Shown piece by piece: positions 1-8,102 of a DNA stretch of 27,543 bases. Within the stretch, counting starts at the first letter, position 1. Every line of letters starts with the position of its first letter. This stretch comes from Bdellovibrionota bacterium (GTDB lineage: Bacteria; Bdellovibrionota_C; UBA2361; JBGSMV01): the NCBI GenBank assembly GCA_044356455.1, contig JBIKWF010000056.1, forward strand, positions 1 through 27,543, read 5' to 3'. A program made the translations under genes and the position numbers. The notes beneath the pieces were generated by a model. The model saw nothing but the letters and a program-made list of their open reading frames with translations. It had not been told where the DNA came from and did no database searches.

Positions 1-760
1 CCAAGAGTACATTGGCAAGCATCTCGCCTCTCATTCCAGGGTCATGGCAAGTAACCACTACAAGAGGCCTCTCAGGAACCGATACCGCAGTGGCGTTTCT
101 CACAAGAGCGCAGATCTGCTCGTCAATCTTCCAGAAGTTTTGCTTCGTGATACGACTAAAACTTGGAGGGTCAAGTACTACGGCATCGTATTTAGTGCCT
201 CTGCGGACTTCACGCTCCAGAAATTTAACTGCGTCATCACAGATGAGCCGCATACGCTTTTCAGGGAGCTCGTTTTTCTGAAAATTAATTTGAGCCCAGG
301 TGAGGGCTTTTTTCGCCAAATCAACATGGGTAACGTCCCAGCCACGCTTTGCAAAATACACAGAAGCAAGGCCCGTGTACGCAAAGAGATTAAGGACTTT
401 TGGAGCAGGTGAAGCCGCTTTCTCCGCGATTTCGAGATGGGGAGCTAGTTCCGGCAGGTATGAGCCGTGCTCAGGGAATAGCCCAAGTTGTCCATTGGAC
501 TGGAGTCTTAGCTCAAGCTTACAACCAAGATACTCTATGTTCCACGTTTCAAACCGTTCGGATTTAAACTGCCAGCCCCCGCTTGATTCGTCCTTGCCCG
601 GAATATAGCGCGCATCGGCGCTCTGCCATTTGTCTCCCGAGAGTCTTTTGTTCCAAATGCAGACCGTGCTTGGCCTCGCGAGCACCTTGTCGCCATAGCG
701 CTCAAGCTTCATGAGATTTCCGGAGTCGAGGAGCGAATAACCCTGCAAAGTATCTGACAC
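1..760 (-). CDS. Class I SAM-dependent methyltransferase, RlmI/RlmK-like (COG1092); partial, runs off the left edge
   Basis: Not in the ORF track (no stop in window). Manual minus-strand translation from GTG at 760 (AGGA 5 nt upstream): VSDTLQGYSLLDSGNLMKLERYG...RLICDDAVKFLEREVRRGTKYDAVVLDPPSF. The YxLLDSG..KLER N-terminus and the DPPxF motif are typical of this family. Confidence 0.88.
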   Translation of the reverse strand, partial: MSDTLQGYSLLDSGNLMKLERYGDKVLARPSTVCIWNKRLSGDKWQSADARYIPGKDESSGGWQFKSERFETWNIEYLGCKLELRLQSNGQLGLFPEHGSYLPELAPHLEIAEKAASPAPKVLNLFAYTGLASVYFAKRGWDVTHVDLAKKALTWAQINFQKNELPEKRMRLICDDAVKFLEREVRRGTKYDAVVLDPPSFSRITKQNFWKIDEQICALVRNATAVSVPERPLVVVTCHDPGMRGEMLANVLL

Positions 761-889
761 GTAAATCCTATCTAGAAGAATTGTATGAGCGATTGCGCCG
801 TAATGATGCTCCGAGACTCAGGACACTGTCCTTTTTCGTGGTCTCTGTCGTTGTTTTCCAGCCCCCCGCTACTCACCGACAATAGTAAA

Positions 890-1396
890 TTACGAGGCAT
901 TTTCCCAGCTCGCCCCTACAGGGTAGATATTCTCAATATGCTCGGCTACTTCCACCCCGCCCCCACGCGAAAGGGTAATTCCAATGCCGTCTATTCGCAT
1001 ATTCCAGAGACGCCGCGCCTTACGCTCCACGCGGTGGTCGCGCCAGAAGCGCGCTGCTAGCTTCTGTAGGCGGGCCATTTTATCCTTATCAATTCTATCA
1101 ATTGCCCTATAGGCGTCTTGGCGAGACCTTGCCTTTACCTCCACGATAACAAGGGTATGTTCGTGATAGGCAATAATGTCTACTTCGCCCAAACGGCAGC
1201 GCCAGTTTCTCTTCCAGACATAAAAGCCACGTTTTTCAAGTAAGCGTACCGCTGCGCGCTCACCTCGTGCGCCTACCTTTCTACGAAGGGCAGAGTTTCG
1301 CGCTCGGGGCTCTGCCCAAAAGAAACTCAGGACGGCGGACAGGCAGGAATTCGCGAACGCCGCTAAATGTTTGGCGGTGAATAGGGGAGGGGCCAA
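890..1396 (-). CDS. yraN: YraN family (UPF0102) PD-(D/E)XK endonuclease-like protein; start uncertain
   Basis: GARGERAAVRLLEKRG...RNWRCRLGEVDIIA...VIVEVKAR motif; usual position downstream of rnhB. The nearest in-frame ATG/GTG/TTG is TTG at 1396, inside rnhB. Confidence 0.88.
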   Translation of the reverse strand: MAPPLFTAKHLAAFANSCLSAVLSFFWAEPRARNSALRRKVGARGERAAVRLLEKRGFYVWKRNWRCRLGEVDIIAYHEHTLVIVEVKARSRQDAYRAIDRIDKDKMARLQKLAARFWRDHRVERKARRLWNMRIDGIGITLSRGGGVEVAEHIENIYPVGASWENAS

Positions 1397-1931
1397 ATTC
1401 TTCGATCGCGGCTTTGTGTTGGGGAGTTGGATACCCTGCGTGATCGCCAAGGGAGTACCCTGGGTATTTGCGGTCAAGGACCTCCATTTGTTGGTCACGC
1501 CAGACTTTGGCGATAATTGAGGCTGCGGAAATCTGGACATGTAAACTATCTCCCTTAACCACCGCGCGCTGGGTAGGGAGGGACGATAGGCGGGGGGAAG
1601 GGAAAGGAATCAGGACATTTCCGTCTACTAAGATCAGCTCTGCCTCAGGGCATGCTCTTAAGACGCGCTCGGTTGCAAGTCTCATTGCAAGCAGGGACGC
1701 ATTCCGAATATTGATTTCCCCTATACGCCTATGACCCACTGCTACAATCGACCACGCTGCAGCGGCTTGCTTTATTATCGAGCAAAGCGCCTCTCTGTTG
1801 CGTGCGGAAACCTTTTTTGAATCCTTGATGGCTGAGTTCTGGTAGTCCTCCGGCAGCGCGACCGCTGCGGCAACGACAGGACCCGCGAGAGGCCCTCTAC
1901 CTACCTCATCAACGCCAATAATGAGCCTCAC
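1281..1931 (-). CDS. rnhB: Ribonuclease HII
   Basis: GVDEVGRGPLAGPV, DSKK, VDG, KGD...ISAASIIAKVWRD, HAGYPT, PIHRQTF motifs; GTG start overlaps the upstream stop (GTGA). Confidence 0.97.
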   Translation of the reverse strand: MRLIIGVDEVGRGPLAGPVVAAAVALPEDYQNSAIKDSKKVSARNREALCSIIKQAAAAWSIVAVGHRRIGEINIRNASLLAMRLATERVLRACPEAELILVDGNVLIPFPSPRLSSLPTQRAVVKGDSLHVQISAASIIAKVWRDQQMEVLDRKYPGYSLGDHAGYPTPQHKAAIEEFGPSPIHRQTFSGVREFLPVRRPEFLLGRAPSAKLCPS

Positions 1932-2302
1932 GATTTTGCGCCCTTACGCGGCTTGCTCTGGATTTTGCGCTCCGAGGGGCGGGGGGCTCGTCCTATTTTT
2001 ATATCCTGAGAGGGGCCAAGTAGTTTTGCCGCAATGAGAAGGATTAGGGGCAGCAGGAGAACCTGCCAGACGCCTTTGGGTACAATTGCCTGAAAGATTG
2101 AATTTGTAATAAAATCAATCGCATAAGTCTCGATAAGGACCGCGAGCAGGACGCACCCTAAGACAAAAAGGCCCTGTTTAAAGAAATCCTCGGGATTCTC
2201 CTTCTTGGGACGCCCGCTAAGTTTTTCAAGGCTGGACCAGAGCGCCATCAGAAAGAAGAATGTCGGTATGGCAAACCAAACAATGTAAAGCGCGGCATGC
2301 AT
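1928..2302 (-). CDS. Hypothetical membrane protein (about 3 TM helices, basic C-terminus)
   Basis: 124 aa ORF with three hydrophobic segments; 4-nt overlap with the rnhB start suggests translational coupling. Confidence 0.75.
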   Translation of the reverse strand: MHAALYIVWFAIPTFFFLMALWSSLEKLSGRPKKENPEDFFKQGLFVLGCVLLAVLIETYAIDFITNSIFQAIVPKGVWQVLLLPLILLIAAKLLGPSQDIKIGRAPRPSERKIQSKPRKGAKS

Positions 2303-2445
2303 AAGCTTCGCCTAAATCCCCCTCCTTGCTGGCGCCTTAAAAATCACTCGTAGGAAGAGAGCTTGGAAAGTTCAACGCGGTTAAACATACTACCTTGTTG
2401 AATTCTCCATCAAGCACTAGCATCAATCTAACCTTCCGAATAGAC

Positions 2446-2877
2446 ATGGATATTTATCGTTTCTTCCATCCGCATCACAATCCTCGGCTGCACAGCACCC
2501 CGCTTCGGCAGCAAGAGATTGGTGAACTTGAGCAGGCGGCCTCAGAGCTCCTGAAGGCGATTGAGCGTGCGCAAAAGCGCACTTCTCGCAAAGCAAGCCC
2601 ACCCATTCTTCCTCAGCACTTTAATGACATCATGAAAGCCATGCGCTTTGTGGTGAGCTCTCTCGAGACGCTTTGCGATGCGCACCAAGGCGACTCGCTT
2701 GAGGCGCTTTATGAGCTCATTCAAGAGCGCTCTGAGTTTACTGGCTGGGAAAGCTGGACAGCCTTGCTTCATGAGCAGCTTACCGCGCGGCAAATTGAAG
2801 AGCTCCGCTCTCCTCAAGACGCTTCTCCAGAGCCGCAAGAAGAAGAGATCCCGGACCTGGCGGTAAATGCCAGATAA
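2446..2877 (+). CDS. Hypothetical helical protein
   Basis: ATG at 2446 (MDIYRFFHPHHNPRL...) preferred over the track's start at 2395; protein-like composition; stop is 3 nt before the LOG gene. Confidence 0.75.
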   Translation: MDIYRFFHPHHNPRLHSTPLRQQEIGELEQAASELLKAIERAQKRTSRKASPPILPQHFNDIMKAMRFVVSSLETLCDAHQGDSLEALYELIQERSEFTGWESWTALLHEQLTARQIEELRSPQDASPEPQEEEIPDLAVNAR

Positions 2878-2880
2878 CGT

Positions 2881-3633
2881 ATGAATCCTAAGAAAACTCC
2901 GACTGAGCAGCCTGCGAAAGCAGCCAAACGCTCAAAGACAGATCCCCGCAAGCAGCGCCGAAAGCACCTTGATGATCGCTTAAGGGTTTTGCACGAGCGA
3001 GCGCTTGTCTTAGAGCGTGAACTGCAGCTTCTCGAAGATCCCAGGTTTTATCGCACCTGTATTTTTGGCAGCGCTCGTATTAAGCCCGACAGCCCCATTT
3101 ATGGGCAGGTGACTGAGCTCGCGAGGCTTCTTGCCTCACACGGGATAGATATCCTTACAGGCGGCGGACCGGGGCTCATGGAAGCGGCAAACCTGGGGGC
3201 TCAGCAAGGAAAGAAAGAGGCTGATAATCGTATTCGCTCTTATGGTCTCTCCATCCAATTAGATTTTGAGCCAGTGCCCAATAAGCACCTCGACATGAAG
3301 CGTCATCATATGAAGTTTTCGTCGAGGCTCGATGATTTCATGCGGCTCTCTCATTCCATCATTGTAACTCCTGGAGGTGTGGGAACCTTACTCGAGCTCT
3401 ATTTTTCCTGGCAGCTTATTCAAGTGAAGCACCTTACGCCGCGGCCTATCGTGCTTCTTGATAAGGTCTTCTGGGCGGGGCTTCTGGATTGGATGCACGC
3501 CGAACCTCTAAGTCGGAATTTGTTGGCCAAGCATGATTTCGACTTTTTGCATCTCGTGGACACGCCCCAAGAGGCGCTCAAGATTATTGAGGCGCATCAT
3601 GCGGAGTTTGTGAAGGAACGTTCAAGGACGTAA
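2881..3633 (+). CDS. LOG family nucleotide phosphoribohydrolase (TIGR00730-like, Rossmann fold)
   Basis: IFGSAR, TGGGPGLMEAAN and PGGVGTLLE (PGGxGTxxE) motifs. Confidence 0.92.
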   Translation: MNPKKTPTEQPAKAAKRSKTDPRKQRRKHLDDRLRVLHERALVLERELQLLEDPRFYRTCIFGSARIKPDSPIYGQVTELARLLASHGIDILTGGGPGLMEAANLGAQQGKKEADNRIRSYGLSIQLDFEPVPNKHLDMKRHHMKFSSRLDDFMRLSHSIIVTPGGVGTLLELYFSWQLIQVKHLTPRPIVLLDKVFWAGLLDWMHAEPLSRNLLAKHDFDFLHLVDTPQEALKIIEAHHAEFVKERSRT

Positions 3634-3685
3634 GCAGATTGCAGTATCTACGGTTGTGGGCCGGAGCCGAGTTTCTCTTTGAGCC

Positions 3686-5071
3686 TTACTGCGGCCGCGC
3701 CGCTCTCTGAATAGCCTCAAGGAAACGCTGCCTAATCACTTCTCGCCGCTGCTCGGATGACATGGATTCAAGCTCGGCATCGCTTGGATTGTTTTGCGGG
3801 GCAACCTCGGGTTCGGTAGTTGTCTCGGAAGAAGTTGATTCCAAAACAGTCAAAAGTTCTGAAGTGTTTCCGCTCGCTGGCCTCTTAACTACTTGGCTCG
3901 CTGCTTGATCGCGCGAGAGGCGAGGGGAGTTTTGGACCGCGAGATCGGCCTGGGTAGTAATTACTCCCTCGAAACTCTCTATAACTGAGTCCCGAATAGC
4001 TGCAGGATAGAGATCCAAAAGCCTTGCAACTCTTGGTTCCTGCGTTGCCTCAGGAATGGGGCTTGGCGAAGGCTCCTCTGGAAGCGCCTCCGCCGAAGCG
4101 GCGCTCTGATTTAGTGCGGCCTCTGACGTAGTGGCTACCGAGAATGAGGAATCTGCACTTTGAGCACCGTCTTCACCTTGATTAATAAGTGCGACTTCAG
4201 TGCTCTCACTACTTGGCTTAGGAAGCAAAAAGATGCCAGCTCCAACACCAAGGGCGACCAGAAAGAGGAAAGCTCCAATAACCAAGGGAGCACTTGTCTT
4301 GGCACCTCTTTTCTTTCCCTCTGGCTCCTCATCAAGTTGAGAGGGCCGAGAAAGTGATTCTTCTTCTACCACCGGGGTCTCGAGATCCTCGTTGCTCTGC
4401 TCGCTTCGTATTTGGTCAATCACTCCCCGAATCTGGCTTGGACCAGAGCCGAAGCCGATTGTTTTTTGAACACTTTGCCCAACTTGGATTCGGGCCACGC
4501 GCTCGTTATCTATCCAGGATTCTGGACGATTGGAAAGAAAAGGCACCACTACCAACGCATTCTTCGTGCGCGCAAAGCTCGATAAAGACTCTGCGAAGCG
4601 CTCTTTCCACTGAGATGAAATGGGGTCAAATGGATCGTTGAGGACAAGTACCTTGGCGGGTTGAAACGTTGCCGCAAGTATCCTTAGCCTGCGTTCTTCA
4701 CAGGCATTAAGTGAGCTGCAGGGACGGGTCATGACGGCTTCTAGACCTACGGAGGAAAGCGCGGCAGAAATGGCACTCTCAGGCGCCCCCGCAGCGAGTA
4801 ACATCTGCTGGGGAGTTTGTACTTCCGCACCCGAGGCAAATCGCTCTCCAAAACCTATCAAGTTATGTTCAGCCGGACGAAAAGCCGCATCGTCGAGCGA
4901 AATTGAGAATCGCTCTTGTCCGGAGATGCCGACCAAGGCGCGCAGGTAAGGCGCAAGGTCTGTGGTGGACGCAGCTCGAAAGACAGAAATTTGTCCCGCA
5001 TGGCAGGAGACTACCCCGAGGAGCTCGCCTGTGGAGGATAGTTGCTTTATTTGTAGTAATTCTGGCGCCAC
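3686..5071 (-). CDS. Membrane-anchored protein with a degenerate ABC-ATPase-like N-terminal domain and a long low-complexity C-terminal tail
   Basis: GTG at 5071 preceded by AGGA avoids overlap with the upstream gene. ALSSVGL...SLNACEERRLRILAA...VLVLNDP follows ABC motif spacing; single TM PLVIGAFLFLVALGVGAGIFLL; S/E/P/T-rich tail. Confidence 0.75.
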   Translation of the reverse strand: MAPELLQIKQLSSTGELLGVVSCHAGQISVFRAASTTDLAPYLRALVGISGQERFSISLDDAAFRPAEHNLIGFGERFASGAEVQTPQQMLLAAGAPESAISAALSSVGLEAVMTRPCSSLNACEERRLRILAATFQPAKVLVLNDPFDPISSQWKERFAESLSSFARTKNALVVVPFLSNRPESWIDNERVARIQVGQSVQKTIGFGSGPSQIRGVIDQIRSEQSNEDLETPVVEEESLSRPSQLDEEPEGKKRGAKTSAPLVIGAFLFLVALGVGAGIFLLPKPSSESTEVALINQGEDGAQSADSSFSVATTSEAALNQSAASAEALPEEPSPSPIPEATQEPRVARLLDLYPAAIRDSVIESFEGVITTQADLAVQNSPRLSRDQAASQVVKRPASGNTSELLTVLESTSSETTTEPEVAPQNNPSDAELESMSSEQRREVIRQRFLEAIQRAARPQ

Positions 5072-5166
5072 AAATTTTCCTAGTCGCTTAGGCAGCTTGA
5101 AGCTACTCGTACGAGGGGAATTCGGCAATAACGCCACTTTAGCTGAATAGAATTCGCCCGCAAAAC

Positions 5167-5430
5167 TTACTTTTTCATATACGCCGCAAGCCACATAAGC
5201 ATCAGCTTGGCCCATTCCTGATAAGAGTTATAAAGCACCTTGCGTTTATTGCCTACCACTTGGTCGAGGGTCTTCTCGTCTGCTTTCCCTAGGGATATCC
5301 CCATGAGCTCGGCCCGAAAGGTGCTAAGTACCTCGGTCGTCTCGCAGTCTACGAAATCTTGAACCGCACGTTGATCTGGGTTGCCGCTACTTCCGTAGAT
5401 CTTTACCCAATAGGTTACCTGCTTGAGCAT
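5167..5430 (-). CDS. Small hypothetical protein (87 aa)
   Basis: Start overlaps the galU stop (TAATG); protein-like amphipathic sequence. Confidence 0.75.
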   Translation of the reverse strand: MLKQVTYWVKIYGSSGNPDQRAVQDFVDCETTEVLSTFRAELMGISLGKADEKTLDQVVGNKRKVLYNSYQEWAKLMLMWLAAYMKK

Positions 5431-6302
5431 TACGCCTTTTCTTCAACAAGCTTCGCCATATACTCACGAAGTTTAGGCGCAATATCGGGGCGTTTTAGAG
5501 AGTACGCAATGTTTGCCTGAATAAAGCCAAACTTATCTCCTGCGTCGTAGCGGCTCCCTTCAAACTCATAACCAACGAAGCCTTCAAGCTTCATAAGTTT
5601 TGCCATGGCGTCCGTGAGCTGGATTTCGCCGCCCTTGCCGGGGTCTGTTTGTTCTAGCAAGTCAAAAATCTTCGGTGTCAAAATATAGCGGCCTACTATC
5701 GCAAGCTTTGACGGAGCATCCGCGAGCTTTGGTTTCTCCACCATTTGATTAAGCTCTAACACGCGGTTCTCAACCTTTCTCCCGCCAACAATTCCAAACT
5801 TTGGCACATCCGAGTCCCCGACCTCCATCAAGGCGACCACAGACTTTTGGTGCTTCTCGTAAACATCAATCATTTGCTTGGTGCAGGGTACTTGAGCATC
5901 AACCAAGTCGTCCCCCAAAAGCACTGCAAATGGCTCGTTTCCAATAATTTCTTTTGCGCAAAGCACGGCATGCCCAAGTCCACGCGGGACCCCCTGGCGC
6001 ACCGCTACCATTCGCACCATAGAGGCGCTCTTGCGTAGGGTTTCCGCTAAGTCATGCTTGCCTTCTTTCTCGAGCTTTTCTTCAAGCTCTGGGTATACGT
6101 CAAAGTGGTCAACGATACGCGACTTGCCCTTACCCGTAATAAGGATCACGGTCTCGATGCCCGCATCGACGATCTCTTGAACTATGTATTGGATAGTAGG
6201 TGTGTCGACGATAGGGAGAAGTTCCTTTGGCACAGCCTTGGTCGCAGGCAAGAAACGTGTACCTAAACCGGCGGCGGGGATTACAGCTTTACGGACTTTC
6301 AT
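5430..6302 (-). CDS. galU: UTP--glucose-1-phosphate uridylyltransferase
   Basis: KAVIPAAGLGTRFLPATKAVPKELLP, GLGHAV, LLGDD, MVEKP, GGEIQLTDA; ATG at 6302 with GGAG upstream. Confidence 0.97.
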   Translation of the reverse strand: MKVRKAVIPAAGLGTRFLPATKAVPKELLPIVDTPTIQYIVQEIVDAGIETVILITGKGKSRIVDHFDVYPELEEKLEKEGKHDLAETLRKSASMVRMVAVRQGVPRGLGHAVLCAKEIIGNEPFAVLLGDDLVDAQVPCTKQMIDVYEKHQKSVVALMEVGDSDVPKFGIVGGRKVENRVLELNQMVEKPKLADAPSKLAIVGRYILTPKIFDLLEQTDPGKGGEIQLTDAMAKLMKLEGFVGYEFEGSRYDAGDKFGFIQANIAYSLKRPDIAPKLREYMAKLVEEKA

Positions 6303-6420
6303 AGCAGGCTCCAACGTGATTTCTCTCTTAAGCTACAATAACTGGTGAAAACCTCAAGGAATGCCTCTCAGGCGACCTGCGCCGCAAAAACTTTATCGCG
6401 GTGCAAGCTTGGCGGGTTAC

Positions 6421-7563
6421 CTAGGGAGCCTTCAAGATGTGGGGTAACTCCGCCAGTCCTTCAGCAAACGGAATAAGTTCCGTCGATCCCTCGCGCATCC
6501 GTTTGCTCCCTCCGTAGAGCAATATTGTCCGAGCTTGTGGGTAATCCTCTTTAAATGCTCTTAGTCCCCTAAAATCCTCATTTCGGAGCATCTGCGCTCG
6601 TTTGACCTCAAATGCGATTAGCCCTCGTTCTCCATAGAGAACTAAGTCTACTTCTAACTTGGAGCGCGTCCGCCAGAATGAAAGTTGATATTCTAAACCG
6701 AGGTAGTCATTGAGCGCACGAGCTTCTTGAAAGAGCAAAGTTTCAAAAGAGGCTCCATCAATATCTTCAGGTGAATCAAGAGGGCCACGTGGGCGCAGCG
6801 CTCGAAATACTCCATTATCAAAGATAAAGAACTTGGGATGTTGTGTCATTTCTCGTTTGGCTTTCTTCGAGAAGACGGGGAGTCTCATGGCAAGCAGGAG
6901 GTCCTCCAGAATAATGAAGTACTGCTCCACCACCTTTCGCTCGATCGCGCACTGACGGGCAATATCTGAAATGCTCAATACTTGTGCTTGAGCAAACGAG
7001 CAGCCCTCTAGAAACCTCGAAAAGGCCCCGAGATTTCGCGTGAGGCCTTCTTGTTGGACCTCCTCTTTAAGATAAGTGGTGATGTAACTTTTCAAATATG
7101 CACGGGGATCCTCGCTGGAATAGGCCAGGGGGAGAGATCCAAATTGTAGCGAATGCTTGAAGTTGTACTCACTCCCTAGCTCAGCTGCCGTGAACGGGTG
7201 CATGAAGCAGGTAAGAGCTCGTCCTGCGAGTAAATTGGCGTCAGGTCGCTTAAGTTTGCGCGCGCTAGATCCCGTGAGGATGAAGCGAACCTTACGTTTC
7301 TCGATAAGCCTGTGAACCTCGTCAAGTATCCGCGGAATCTTCTGAACTTCGTCAATTATGACAGTCTGAGCTTTTTCCGAATCGATGAGAGCTTCTAGGC
7401 GTTGGGGTGAGCTTGTGAGTTGATTAAAGGTATCGTCCTCAAGTAGGTCCACAAACAAAGCCTCGGGATAGTGCCGACGTAAGAAGTGGGATTTTCCAAC
7501 GCCACGAGGTCCAAAGAGGAAATAGCTTTGCCTTTCGGGTGGTATGAACATTCTGGCAATCAT
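6421..7563 (-). CDS. ATP-binding protein, AAA_14 + DUF4143 (C-terminal PD-(D/E)XK-like domain)
   Basis: Walker A GPRGVGKS, Walker B IIDEVQ, LTGSS, LAGRA, KFFIFDNG, FWRT...EVDLV...AFEVK. Confidence 0.92.
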   Translation of the reverse strand: MIARMFIPPERQSYFLFGPRGVGKSHFLRRHYPEALFVDLLEDDTFNQLTSSPQRLEALIDSEKAQTVIIDEVQKIPRILDEVHRLIEKRKVRFILTGSSARKLKRPDANLLAGRALTCFMHPFTAAELGSEYNFKHSLQFGSLPLAYSSEDPRAYLKSYITTYLKEEVQQEGLTRNLGAFSRFLEGCSFAQAQVLSISDIARQCAIERKVVEQYFIILEDLLLAMRLPVFSKKAKREMTQHPKFFIFDNGVFRALRPRGPLDSPEDIDGASFETLLFQEARALNDYLGLEYQLSFWRTRSKLEVDLVLYGERGLIAFEVKRAQMLRNEDFRGLRAFKEDYPQARTILLYGGSKRMREGSTELIPFAEGLAELPHILKAP

Positions 7564-7569
7564 AAATCC

Positions 7570-7597
7570 ATAATATATGCATTTTTGGAGTTATCAA
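7570..7597 (-). promoter_or_regulatory. Putative sigma70-type promoter giving a leaderless transcript of the AAA/DUF4143 gene
   Basis: Minus strand: TTGATA (7597-7592), 16-nt spacer, TATTAT (7575-7570), 6 nt, then the ATG at 7563. Confidence 0.55.
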
Positions 7598-7609
7598 CTC
7601 CAAAAATGC
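7579..7609. repeat. Perfect 14-bp inverted repeat with 3-nt spacer (candidate operator)
   Basis: GCATTTTTGGAGTT-ATC-AACTCCAAAAATGC read directly; centred on the putative -35 box. Confidence 0.9.
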
Positions 7610-7818
7610 TAGCGGTGTGGATGTGAAATCACAAAAGCCTGTCTTTTCAGTGGCTTGAAGTGCTGGGCGCAACTCCATGAGACTAGCGCGAGATCCCCCC
7701 TTCGGCCGTGATTTTTTAACGGAAGTCTCAAGGGACACGAATGACATAAGGCTCTAAATTTCTAGAATTTGCGTCCCTCGCGTCCTTGTCTCCGCAAAAG
7801 CCGCACTCATGTTGGGCT

Positions 7819-8083
7819 AGGAGTGTGTCCCGTAGAAACATAAATCTTCATTTCGGACACAATCCGTAGCCGCCTTTTCACACTATAGGTCGGTTGCGAC
7901 GAAATTTGCGAACTGAAAAGGCGAGCTGAGCCCCTATTCGAGGAGATTTCCGCGGAAAGGGCTAATTACGGCACTCTAGGGAACTCGGGAGCTTGTAGGA
8001 TGTACGAGCAATAGGGGCTAGGTGGGCTGTCCCGCTGCCACCACAGCATGTAGTGGTGAGAGTTTTCTACGGGACAGACTCCT
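7819..8083. mobile_element. MITE-like non-autonomous element or REP-type repeat unit with 20-bp terminal inverted repeats
   Basis: Left end AGGAGTGTGTCCCGTAGAAA (7819-7838); right end TTTCTACGGGACAGACTCCT (8064-8083), whose reverse complement matches at 19/20. Internal IR AGCCCCTATT (7929-7938) / AATAGGGGCT (8010-8019). No credible coding capacity. Confidence 0.6.
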
Positions 8084-8102
8084 TGCCGGAGTCTTAGGGC
8101 GT

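Noticed and set aside
12..608. Plus-strand ORFs 12-281, 44-412, 300-608 and minus-strand 178-384
   Set aside because: Shadows of the minus-strand methyltransferase (760 to <1).
1397..1540. N-terminal part of the 216-aa yraN ORF call
   Set aside because: Lies within the conserved core of rnhB in another frame and does not look protein-like.
5072..5215. Upstream extension of the pseudo-ATPase ORF
   Set aside because: Overlaps the 87-aa gene; GTG at 5071 has a better SD and matches where an ABC domain would begin.
6340..6410. CTCTCAGG (glycine-riboswitch-like word) and a short GC hairpin
   Set aside because: On the wrong strand for galU, and the other aptamer elements are missing; the hairpin has no clear U-tract.
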